Of a DNA stretch of 41,605 bases, positions 1 through 10,995 are shown in pieces. This stretch comes from Octopus sinensis. Lineage: Eukaryota. Every line of letters begins with the position of its first letter. The first letter of the stretch is position 1. The position numbers were made by a program, and so were the translations under genes. Where the stretch lies: contig NW_021835235.1 in the NCBI RefSeq assembly GCF_006345805.1, positions 1 to 41,605 of the forward strand, read 5' to 3'. The notes under the pieces are model-generated. The model did no database searches, was not told the origin of the DNA, and saw only the letters and a program-made list of their open reading frames with translations.

Positions 1-52
1 TAATTTGTACCCACCTGACCTCGCCCATTTTACCACATGCACTCTTGACTAG

Positions 53-202
53 CATCGTGACGTCATTCAACACACTACATGTTCACTTGAACAACCGCTA
101 TGATGTCACTCTCCCCCTATGTTCATATCCGTTACTATAGCAACCACTGTGGCGTCAGCCTCCTTACACACGTGTATTGCTATAGTTACCACGATGACGT
201 CA
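53..202 (+). promoter_or_regulatory. Four degenerate ~43-49 bp units, each ending in a CRE or CRE-like octamer; two are preceded by an RFX X-box-like 14-mer
   Basis: TGACGTCA 58-65 and 195-202, TGATGTCA 101-108, TGGCGTCA 150-157. GTTACTATAGCAAC 131-144 and ATTGCTATAGTTAC 176-189 each lie 5 bp before the octamer. Regulatory function is inference. Confidence 0.35.
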
Positions 203-516
203 CGCCGCCAACTATCGATATTTGTTATCCTTGCTGCTACCGTAACACCTCTGCTACTAGCACAAAAATATTCCCTCTATCAGCATCCTCTGTAGATCTA
301 TCGATAATTTTTGTAGGCAAGAGCTGAGGAGAATGAGAAGTTGTGTCATTCATAGCTTTCCTAAAATCATTAGCAGCATTCGCGAAGAGAAAATAACTTA
401 AATCAGAGAATAAAATTGTATTGAGGTTTTAGTTTTGCCTGGAGTTTATCTGTTGTGATCATCATCATCATCGCCGTCGTCGTCATCACCATCATTACCA
501 CCATCATCATCCTCCT

Positions 517-710
517 AGGCCGGTGGATTAGCAGAATTGTTAGAACGTTTAGCAAATGCCTAGCGGCATTTCGTCCACTCTTTCGTTCTGAGGTCGACTT
601 TACCTTTCATCCTTTCGGGGTCGATAAATTAAGTACCAGTTGAGCATTGGGGTCGATGTAATCGACTAGCTCAATCCCCCCAAATTTCAGGACTTCTGCC
701 TGTATTAGAA
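517..710 (+). mobile_element. tRNA-derived SINE, family A (octopus OK/OR-type), diverged copy
   Basis: Shares the core GAGGTCGACTTTACCTTTCATCCTTTCGGGGTCGATAAATTAAGTACCAGTT with copies at 13288, 14516, 16.3-17.4 kb and 18535. Confidence 0.85.
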
Positions 711-1359
711 TGTGACTTTGCGCCCTGAATTCAAATTACGATGTTTTTCTTAACAGTTTCACCAATGACTAAATAAATGTTTTCATTTACTGTTAAGTAA
801 ATGGATTTGTTCTAATTCTCCGATTTCAACCACAAAGTCTCACTTGATATTTTCAGTTAATTTATTTCTTTTAAAGCAACTTTGGTACATTTGTAGAATC
901 TGTACTCATTTTGGCATTACTATTGAATCTATAGTCCTATATGTAACACCACCCACATAATCGACTTAGTTTATAGTTTGCTTATATCATGAATAGCTAT
1001 TAATGGTACCGTTCAACAGATATATTAAAAGAAGTCAATGCTTGAGGGAAAAGTAAGATGGAAAATAAATCACCTTAAAAAATCGCTTACTTGAGGCGCT
1101 AGAACTACTCTTATTTTCATCATATTCTATGATATTTATCATACTGCATTAATGCTGTTTTTCATTAATAACAATGACTTGAATAACTAACTACCTTAGA
1201 AAAGAGTATGCTTTATTTCTGCATCGTGTCTACATTATCCAGAAGTGTGGTATGTTGCCGAATGCTTACTACCATATTTGTTACGTGAATATTATTGTGT
1301 AACTAGGTTGTTACGTGGATATCATTGTGTAGCCAGGGATTCATAACACAATTTTCATG

Positions 1360-1900
1360 AGATCGTGTATGGTCATCATCTGGGTTTTTTGTTGCGATGT
1401 CTCGTTTTTTCGATGTAACAGATTACATTGCTTTATATTCCATTACATTTTGAGCATTCATACATTGTATTGTTTTTTCTAGTTGTAGCTCAAGTATTTT
1501 GTCTTTAGTGAGTTCAGTTGTGATACGTTCATCTGAGGGAATTTCTTTTGGCTGGTTGTTGTTTAAAACCCGGATCAACCACAAATTGAGGAGATCCCCG
1601 ATCAAAATTGCTAGCCGTGACCGTCTTGTAATTTTACACATCTATAGCTAAATTATACAATATTTCGATATTTTCAAGACGGTAGGGAGGTCAGGATACC
1701 CCATCTAGAGGTCGAATGAACACTCAGACGCTCTCTTATTGTCTCATGGGAATATATATTTCTGTGGTTCTCTTTTTTTTATTCCCATAGTGTATTCTTT
1801 ACATGCAAAACTCCACTTCTTTTTCTGAGATCTTATTATTTTTTTTATTTCTCTAGAAATCTGGGTTCATAAGCAGTATGTGTAGCATGTGCGTAGCACG
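1360..1900 (-). pseudogene. Degraded LINE AP-endonuclease relic (CR1/L2/Jockey-like)
   Basis: Minus-strand motifs in the expected order across frameshifts: DLRKRSGVLHVKNTL (cf. DR..GGGV.LYVK), VFIRPL (cf. IYRPP), AILIGD (cf. GDFN), ELTKDKILEL (cf. PTR..NILDL), DDH (cf. SDH). Confidence 0.5.
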
Positions 1901-3399
1901 TCTAGATACTATTGTTTGGTCTATCATTTCCTTGTAGCTTATGTTTTATTATGTAAATCTTTTCATTGAGAACTTAACCTTTTCGGCAGACACAACTACT
2001 AATGCTTTGACTACACATAATGCGCTACACATAATAGCTTTCTTTTATAAATCCTGAGTCAGCATCTATTGTTTTAATGCTTTTTGTAATATTGGTGCTG
2101 ATGTATGTTACTTTTATTTTTTAAACTTGCTTTGTTTTCTTTGACTTTGAGCCGCGTTTGTGTTTGGCGTGACTTCATACTTTTAGCCATTGATTACTGG
2201 AATCGTAAGAGTGTCTTACGAGTCCACCAATCGTAAGACACTCTTTATTGTGTTTGTTATGGTACCTAACTTTAGAGTTTAATTTCTACGGAGGTCAACG
2301 TTTCCTTTTATTTGGGGGTCAATAAAATAAAAGTGCCAGGTAAGTACTGAGGTAAATTTAATTGACTTAACCCTTTTGCTAAAATTCTGGCTTTGTGTCT
2401 GAATGTTAGGTATCCAGTGTGTCCTTTTATGTTCTGAGGTCAAATAGTGTCGATGTCGTACTTTCATTCATTATTTAATTGGTTAAAATATGTATCGGTT
2501 GCAATCTGAGTTGGAATCTCCTCTCTTCAAAAAATATGTTTGCATTGTTGTTGTCGTTGACGACGGTGATTATTACATAATGGTGGTGAACTGGAAGTCT
2601 ATTTCACAGAAAGTAAAAAAGTAATGCTTCGTTTCACCGCACAACATTTTGAAATCAAATCCAAGTAGTATTGACCTTGCTTTAAAACCCTACTGAGATC
2701 TAAAAACAATTGCCAGTCATACAGTGACGAACCAATCGATTAAGAGGTATACATTCATGTGACATGGAATAGTGTCATCCTAAAAAAAAAAAAAAAAAAG
2801 AAGAAAGAAACGAAAGAAAGAAGAATCACTAAAAATTTCAAGAATATTCAATCCTACGATCTTTGAAATTTAGGATCAAGAATTCAAATGGATTGATCCA
2901 GTCAAGTATTCTCTTTCGAATGCAAATCTCAAAATGAAGACAATACTTTGCACCTATATCTGCTGAATTCAAAATTTTTCAGGGTTGTTTTCATTGTTTG
3001 TCATTCTAGAATAAACCATGAACCCCGGGCAGATACTGAGTCCAATCAAAATAACTGTCTTCCTTCGAGATACAGTTCCAATGGTAGAAATTATTTTTCT
3101 GCAAAATTAGAGGATAAAATGTTTCCCCGTATTTAGTTTATTCCGCGTAAGTTCACTGTTCAAATTTGCTTTTCGTATCTCTGGAGTGAGTAAAATTAGG
3201 ACATGATATAGTGGGATTATCAATAACAAGAATCCCCTCTTTTACAGATAAAGTATTGATGTAGAAACAGCTGGAAATATGTTTTGAAGGAACAATGTTA
3301 CCGTGAACGCCATCACTGACATTCCGTCAACACCACTGTCACCATCATCAGTCGTTAATAACCATCACCACCTCCTCCTCCACCTCATCCATTCCCCTC

Positions 3400-3720
3400 C
3401 TCCTTCTGTTGCTCCATTTCTAACACCCCCATTTCCTCTTCCACCTTCTCTCCTCCTCTTCCTCCTCTTCCTCCACTTCTTTCTCTTCCACCTCTTCCAC
3501 TTTGACTGCCACCTCATCTTCCACCATTTTCTCCTCCTTCCCTCTATCGTCTTCTACCTCCTCGTCCTCCCCTCTATCCTCTTCTACCTCCTCCTCTTTC
3601 ACTTTATCCTCTTCTACCTCCTCCTCCTTCACTCTATCCTCTTCTACCTCCTCTTCCTTCACCTCCTTCTCCACTTCCTCCTCCTTCTCTTCCTCCTTCT
3701 CATTATTATTTTCTTCATTA
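3400..3720. repeat. Polypyrimidine/polypurine low-complexity tract containing about four copies of a 30-bp minisatellite unit
   Basis: Units such as CCCTCTATCCTCTTCTACCTCCTCCTCTTT repeated from ~3540 to 3660; this explains the E-rich and S-rich ORFs in the track. Confidence 0.85.
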
Positions 3721-3975
3721 AAACAGAAGCAATTTTCAGTACCATAACGCCTCTGACACCATCAACATCAACGAGGTCATAATTATCGTCATCATCGTCA
3801 TCATCGTCATCATCGTCATTTTTTTACTCATTGCTTCTCTTTGATTTTTCTTTCTCACATCTTTTGTTTCATCTTTTCTCTCCCTTCGTCTTGTAGTTGT
3901 CGTTGGCGTCGTCATCTTCCCCACTAGTCACAATCTATCGACTTCTTCGGAAGTACATATACCAGCTGCCGGTTG

Positions 3976-4005
3976 GTTGTTATGGGCAACCAAAGTATGA
4001 CGTCA
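3976..4005 (+). promoter_or_regulatory. X-box-like element followed by a perfect CRE
   Basis: GTTGTTATGGGCAAC 3976-3990, 7-bp spacer, ATGACGTCAT palindrome (octamer 3998-4005); CAGCTG E-box just upstream. Confidence 0.3.
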
Positions 4006-4390
4006 TTAAAGATGAAAACGCTCGTTGAAGATGCACAGGTGTGTCGTGTGTCAAAGTTGAACTTTGACAGAAGGTTGGAATTGCATTATGTGTGAGTACT
4101 GACTACATGTGTGTGTTGAGTGTATGAATTGGTGTTATTGCTATAGCATGTGTGCGTGTGTACGTGCGTGCGTATATGTGTGTTTGTGAGTATTACGTCT
4201 GTGTGACACTGCCGTGAAAGTATTTAAAGTAATAAGGGAAATTATGTGGTAGATTACAAGTTCTTTCAGATCGAAAAGAATTTTTGTGTACGACACAGAG
4301 ACACGCTTATATACACATATACACGTTGGCATTACATATACTGAACACTATGCTTTTAACACATCTACACAAGCATTTCCATATAATCCA

Positions 4391-4466
<76 letters not shown>

Positions 4467-4474
4467 TATATATA

Positions 4475-4683
4475 TTAATCCAAACAAGAAAGCACAAAAA
4501 AACACAACAACGCGAGGACGTGGAACAAATATAGTATTATTGGACGCTCACGAAAGAAGGAAAGAAGGATGGTTTAACGTTTCGAGCGGAGCTCTTCGTC
4601 GGAAACATAGGTGAAGGAAAGATCTAGAGAAGGGAAGACAGAGGAAAAAAATCTCCAACGGTACACACGAGGTCACATTTTGA
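4475..4683 (-). mobile_element. ~210-bp non-coding HHR-bearing interspersed repeat (family 2), inserted in (TA)n
   Basis: Homologous to 32283-32495 and to the fragment 18809-18884; flanked by (TA)n on both sides; no meaningful ORF. Confidence 0.8.
4572..4606 (-). ncRNA. Minimal type I hammerhead ribozyme-like motif with U4C core
   Basis: Minus strand GUUU-CCGACGA-A-GAGC(UCC)GCUC-GAAA-CGU-U-AAAC: helix I 4 bp, helix II 4 bp, palindromic ACGU helix III, cleavage triplet GUU. Confidence 0.7.
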
Positions 4684-4748
4684 TGTATATATATATATAT
4701 ATAGTTAGGATCAACGTAAAAGTACATTGTCTTGTGAGAGATAAATAC

Positions 4749-4970
4749 CATTTAATGTACATTGTATTGAAAATAAGATCTACTAATTTTCAATTGCCAC
4801 TGAGACATGTTGTAAGGCAAATTTTTATAACGTGCCTTGTGTCTCCAAGTAATCTTGACTTCGAAGAATGGCTGGAGATATAAGGTACGTTATGAAACTC
4901 TGCCTAACCACGTGTCTCAATGGCAAGAAATAATTAGCAGATCTTATTTTAATACGGGGTACATTAAATG
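4749..4970. mobile_element. Foldback MITE-like element with ~100-bp imperfect inverted arms
   Basis: CATTTAATGTAC...AATAAGATCT...TTGCCACTGAGACA...AAGGCA...ATAACGTGCCTT is mirrored by AAGGTACGTTAT...TGCCT...TGTCTCAATGGCAA...AGATCTTATT...GTACATTAAATG. Confidence 0.75.
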
Positions 4971-5120
4971 ATGTATATATTGTGCGTGCATGTGTGCATA
5001 TATACATCATTAAATGCTGTATATATGTGTGTGTTTATGTCTATATACATACATACATACATGCACACACACACATTATATATATATATATATATATGAT
5101 ATATATATGATATATATAAT

Positions 5121-5170
5121 GGCGGTGCCCCAGCATGGTCATAGCTCGTGAGCTGAAACTAGATAAAATA
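5121..5170 (+). mobile_element. Isolated 3' tail of a family B-like SINE
   Basis: GGCGGTGCCCCAGCATGG...CTGAAACTAGATAAAA resembles the tail at 13938-14000. Confidence 0.6.
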
Positions 5171-5895
5171 TTAAAAAAAATATATATATATGATATACAT
5201 ACATTTATATATATGTTTATATGTATGTATATTATGAATATGTATATATATATATTTACAGCACCTACGCGCGCATACACGCTGAGACAGGCATATATAT
5301 AATAATAGAGACTACTTGGGCTCACATCACATCTAAGTAGTGTCGTTAGTTTAGTTTCGTCAATGTTACAACATAATCATCCAGTCGTTCAAGTCAAATG
5401 AGTTCCTATAGAGTTCTTATTGACATTTGTAGCCGCATTTTCATTTTTTGACCAATTCCCTCTATTATGCATTTTGTACGTTCAGATATTATATCTTAAC
5501 CGTCTAAGATATTGGATCTTAAACTACTGCATAGAAACCACGAACATTAGCTTAAATCATCAAAATATTGGGAGCAGATGAGTTTAGATTCAGTGAGACC
5601 AATCGATTTGGAATGTTGTGCTTCCGACTTAACTAACAACAAATACCCAAATTTTACATAATATACCAATTTTTTGGGACGCATTGTACACATACAGACA
5701 CATTGTATACACACTCGCGCGTGCACACATACATGTACGCACACACACATGCACACACACACATACACATACACACATGTGTCTGAATGTGTGTGTTTCT
5801 ATATGCACATGCATGGGTATGTGTGTATATATCGATACAAAGATTCATGCATGTATATATATATATATATACAGAGAGAGAAAGAGAGAGGGAGA

Positions 5896-5936
<41 letters not shown>

Positions 5937-7055
5937 CTATTGGATGTGTTGTGCATATAAACAGACTGGCTACTTGTTTCTCTGGTATTGGTCAAATGAT
6001 GTAGACACCCCCGTCGAAAACCCAGTAAGGTTGGAAATTCTATTAAAGCTGTTCGTAACTTTTGTTCAATCTCCGAAGAAATAATTAAATTTGCCATGTT
6101 TGAATGACTACTACATATGTTAACATAGATATTTATAGATATGTATGTCTATATGTGTATACTATGTATTTAATAGAACTTCCCGAAAACTCTTCTTCAC
6201 CATGCTACAAGTCGGGTAGCCACCTGCAAGCGGCTACGAAAAAATGCGATAAAAACCTCATATCGCTCTAATCTAATATGTTAGACAATCTTTCTTCTCT
6301 TTCTTTCACATTTCTTTCTTCTAGAGTTTGTTCCAATGTTTGAAAGCATGCTACTGCGTGTCTCATTTCTAAGAATGCAATCTTCTCAATCTACCAACTA
6401 CTAACTCATAACACTAACTTCAACAATATTGGAAATAATTGCTAACAAACACCCCCTTCACTTACTAGAGACTCTGTTCCTCATTTATCAAATACACTGG
6501 TAACATGCACTCCTACTCCTAAGTCCCTCTCTAGTCATCTATCATACTTGAGATATTCAGTGAAAGCAAAATCGTTTCTTTTATCTATCTTTCTTCTCCT
6601 GAACCATTGCAACCATTTAGTTCTTGACAATCTAATCTCTCTCTCTTTCTCTCTGTCTCTCTCTCTCTCTCTGTCCCTCTTTCTCTCTCAACTATGGCAT
6701 ACCTCCAATGGCAATGCTTCCCACACTTTATTTCCTCTATCTTAGCCGTCTACTCGCAATAATTTTTGCTGGAGTTAACATAATGCATGCCATGATACAA
6801 ATCTCCAGATGTCCTCTTGTCTCCAGGAAAAAACACCACGGTGTTTTTTTTATGTAATTCAGTTCCAGAGAATTCCTATTTTGGAGAAAATCTCCCCTTC
6901 TCATTCGCAGTCGGTTGTAGTTGCCACTACACGATAGTTTACCTTTCCTCGAAGCAATGACGATTTCAATATTCAAATAAATCAAGAATTTAATTGTTTA
7001 ATATTTAATGTACCTTTCTTCGTCTTTGTTTTATATATGTATATGTGTGTGTTTG

Positions 7056-7134
<79 letters not shown>

Positions 7135-7948
7135 TTGTGTTTGTGTGTGTGTGTGTGTTTGTGTGTGTGTGTTTGTGTGTATGAGTACATGTGTAATCAT
7201 AATGTATGCGTGCGAGAATCTAAAAGGGAGTACGTATGCGTATGTTTTTTTTTTTCATAACTGCAAGGGCTGTCACGAAACCCGGTAGACTTCGTAGCAC
7301 CGGCAGCTCTACTGGGACATGTGGGCGCGCGCACACACACTCACACACATGCACACATACATGCACACACGAACACAAGGAAACAAAAAACAACATAATG
7401 AAAGAGAAAGGAAAACGGAATGTGATAAATGATGAAGCTAGGTATATTACTCGTTAATTATCTTGAAAAATAAATAGACATATTCGACTATTACAGGCAG
7501 GTATATATTTTTGCCTTGTGCACATACACACACGCACACACGCACACAAACACACACACACACACAAACACACACGCACACGCGCATGCACACACATGTA
7601 GGTGTATTTATACATACAAGCACACAGAAGCAAAATACACATGCCCACATGCATAAGGAATATATTTGTGAATGATCTTTGAAAGACAAAAACCAAAGCT
7701 GGTGATTATTTTTATTGACTAGTTTGTCCCTTAGCTCAGAGACCAAGTGGAGGTTGATGTATATAAATTTCATATGAGTTGAATAAAGTGTGGCTGGTTT
7801 GTCGAGAGTAGAACAACTTTTTGATGCTGTCAGCTGAGTATTCAGAATATCTACTTATGAGCTGGCGGGGCAGGGACGGTGTGCGCAAGTTAGAGATGGC
7901 AGAATGAAGGAAACTAGAGAAAGAAGGAAGAATGTGGTTTAAGTAGAG

Positions 7949-8121
7949 TTCTACATTTAAGAGATGAGGAATTATGTACATTATTTACATTTGACGGATA
8001 TTTGTCCTCATCTTGTTTGTTGTTAACACAACGTTTCGGCTGATATACCCTCCAGCTTTCATCAGGTGTCTTGGGCAAATTTCGAACCTGGGTTCTCATT
8101 CCCAAGGTATTTTTCGATGTT
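7949..8121 (-). mobile_element. PLE pseudo-LTR / 3' region carrying a hammerhead (family 1)
   Basis: Directly downstream (minus strand) of the PLE endonuclease relic; closely similar to the solo copy at 18137-18301 (+). Confidence 0.8.
8025..8070 (-). ncRNA. Minimal type I hammerhead ribozyme, canonical core
   Basis: Minus strand GACAC-CUGAUGA-AA-GCUG(GAGGGUAUAU)CAGC-C-GAAA-CGU-U-GUGUU: helix I GACAC/GUGUU, palindromic ACGU helix III. The base of helix II is an A-C mismatch here (G-U in the 18 kb copy), implying a G-C consensus. Confidence 0.8.
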
Positions 8122-8181
8122 ATTATTTTTATTAACAACAACAACAACAACAACAATAACAACAACATCGAAAAATACCTT

Positions 8182-9335
8182 AGGTTGGTGCAGTATGTGT
8201 AGTCTCTTATGGAGACAGTTAGCAATTGCTATCTTCAGGTAAAGAAGAGCACTGTCAAGAATATTCCACTGGATGTTGAGTAAGTCATTCCGAAGGTCTA
8301 ATACTCTCCAGATGAAGCGAGAGGGTGGAAAAATTTGCACATGAAGAAGTGCATGTACCGTATATATATATATTCCCTCAAAGTTCTCATCGTCATGTCT
8401 TATGATGCTATTGAATGGTGTGAGGGTACACTATATACTACAGCCTTTAAGAGGCAGGGCCTTCCCAGTTGGCAACTGGTAGAATTTCAGAGGTTACCGT
8501 TTGAAGAATGGATTGGGAGCTGTGTAGGTGCATATTTGTCTCTTTTGCGACGTTTGAAGCGATGTGCTCAAAACAGGAGTAACTGATCTTGACATTATGG
8601 TGATTGAAGAGTTTATAATTTTTATGGGTTCTAGGGAAATGCATTTTAATTAACACCAGGAAGCTCCTGGCTATATTGGTTGGAACTTTTAATTTTAATG
8701 GAGGATTGAATTAGATTATTATCATTCCCTTTCTGACTTTCTTCGGATTCGGAGGTGGCTTGGGGTCCTATATATATACTGACTTATCGGTAAAGCCATT
8801 CCTTGCTAATGATTCGTTATAATCGGGTGCGGCTCAGTTGACGATCTCGCTGTTTGCGCATTGACTTCAGATTCTTCTATTGATGCCTGTGACTAGATTT
8901 TCAATGACAACCGGGAGTAGAGTGGTTATAACTATTAACAATTTCCTCACATGACTGTAAGGTCTTGTTCATTCTCAGGTCTAGGTTTACGCACAGGAAG
9001 TCGATCTTTGTCAAATTAGTGGTTACTGTTATAAAATAGGCTGAATTCTTTGAAGACCTTCTTCTTGAACTTCTCCATGGAGTGACAGTTAACATAGCTT
9101 GAGATTTCTAAACCATCATCCCAATATGGAACCGAACTATTAGGGTGTGTGTATTCCCTTAGAGTATCAAGGCTATAGAATCTGAAGAGTCCAGCAACCT
9201 CAGTCTTGTTATAACTCCTCATACATACATCAAACACTGAACCATCTTTCTTGAGGAATCATCGTGAAACATGATTCTAACATCGAGGTCGTTGATTCTG
9301 GTGAATCGCCTAAGAAAACCTGGGGCTTTCTTTCA
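8182..9335 (-). pseudogene. Penelope-like retroelement relic: RT core/thumb, linker and GIY-YIG endonuclease, 5'-truncated and frameshifted
   Basis: FDVCMRSYNKTEV (cf. FDVTMGSYDGAEV), YWDDGL (cf. YRDDGL), TNLTKIDFLCVNLDL, AAPDYNESLARNGF, KMHFPRTHKNYKLFNHHNVKISYSC, C.L..PCLLKAVVY, LSRFIW...IQWNIL...NCL..LHIL; the YIG segment appears deleted. Confidence 0.85.
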
Positions 9336-9361
9336 AGCCCCCTAACTCCCTCCTACATATA

Positions 9362-10017
9362 TACGTATGTATGCATGTATGTATGTATGTATGTATGTAT
9401 GTATGTATGTATGTATGTATGTATGTATGTATGTATGTTTGCATGTATGCATACATGCATGTCTGTATGTATGTATGTATGTATGTATGTATGTATGTAT
9501 GTATGTATGTATGTGTGTGTGTATGTATGTATGTATGTATGTATGTATCTATGTATGTATGTATGTGTGTATGTATGTGTGTGTGTGTGTGAGTGTGTAT
9601 GTGTGTGCGTGGAGATAGACAGAGAGTCCAACCGACCGACAGCTAGAAAGACAAGATAGACATAGAGAACGAAACATAAATCATATTCGATAAAAAGGAA
9701 GATAAAAAATAAAAAAATAAATGGAAGCTACGGTTTAAACTAAATAAAAATATATGATGTATCAGAGAAACAACAAAAAAGTTGATATTAAAATAATGGC
9801 ATACGAAGAAGGAAACGGGTAAAGGTTACTATAGAAGAAAAAAAGAAAAACGTCAATGAAGGAAAATAAGGCAAAGAGAAAAATGAAGCAAAGATGATGA
9901 TAGTATGATTTCATTAGTGATTTCATTAGTAAATGTATTTTTGGTGTTTTCTTTCGATTTGAAAGTTTCAAGGAAAAATAATCTGATAGGGAAATGCAAG
10001 GGTGTATGTGATGGTAT

Positions 10018-10074
<57 letters not shown>

Positions 10075-10145
10075 TACAGACACAGACACACACACACATG
10101 CACACACACACACACATGCATACGTACACACGCACACACACATTA
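9362..10145. repeat. (TATG)n and (CA)n microsatellites
   Basis: (TATG)n ~9362-9600; (CA)n ~10020-10140. Confidence 0.95.
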
Positions 10146-10950
10146 CAAATATATAATATAAATAATATATCATATACTATATATATGTATATATATATAA
10201 TATATAATATATATATAGTACTAAAATACATAGTATATACATATATAGTATATAATGTATGTATATATAGTATATAATAAGGCATGTTATATATATGTAT
10301 ATAGTATATGGTATATATACATAAGCTATATTTTTATGAGATAGTATTATATACACACATACAAACATATATACTTACGTACATAGAAATATATACCTAT
10401 ATATATATATATATATATATGGTGTGTGTGTGTGTGGTGTGTGTGTGTGTGTGTGTGTATAGAGAGAAAGAGAGGGAGAGAGAGAGAGAGAATAATATTA
10501 CATACACAGAATATGACAGAGGAAATAGAGGAACAACTATATAATGATGTAGTAGGAGAGATATAGACGAGTGCGAAACAGAACAGAGAATGCGTAAACC
10601 GATAAAGATAATATGAGGAAGACAGAGTCAAGCGAGAGAGTAGAGGCGATTGGTGGATTGATAGAGACAAGAGTGTACAGAGAGTGTGTATGATGGCGAA
10701 TTGAGAAATAGCGAAAGTGAGTGTGGGAGAGTTCATGAAAGAATATGAAGGAAAGTGAGAGGGAGATAAATTGATAAACTGATAGATAGAGAGAGCATGG
10801 GGTGAATAGAGTGTGGGTAAGCGATAACTAAGATAATTAAGGAGCTAGATAAATATGAAAGAGAGAAGGCCTGATAGACAGAGATGATATGAAAAGAGAG
10901 AGAAAGAGGAAGCGAGAGAGAGAGAGAGAGAAAGAGGAAGAGGAAGAGAG

Positions 10951-10995
<45 letters not shown>

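Noticed and set aside
1277-1337. 30-bp tandem duplicate (and a 26-bp one at 14168-14220)
   Set aside because: Ordinary two-copy slippage duplications with no further structure
3303-3782. Glu-rich, Ser-rich and Leu/Phe-rich ORFs in three frames
   Set aside because: All arise from the same C/T minisatellite; no splice or domain support
6200-6960. CR1-like motifs ERDLGV, EERL and RRGD on the minus strand
   Set aside because: RRGD precedes ERDLGV, the wrong order, and intervening sequence does not fit
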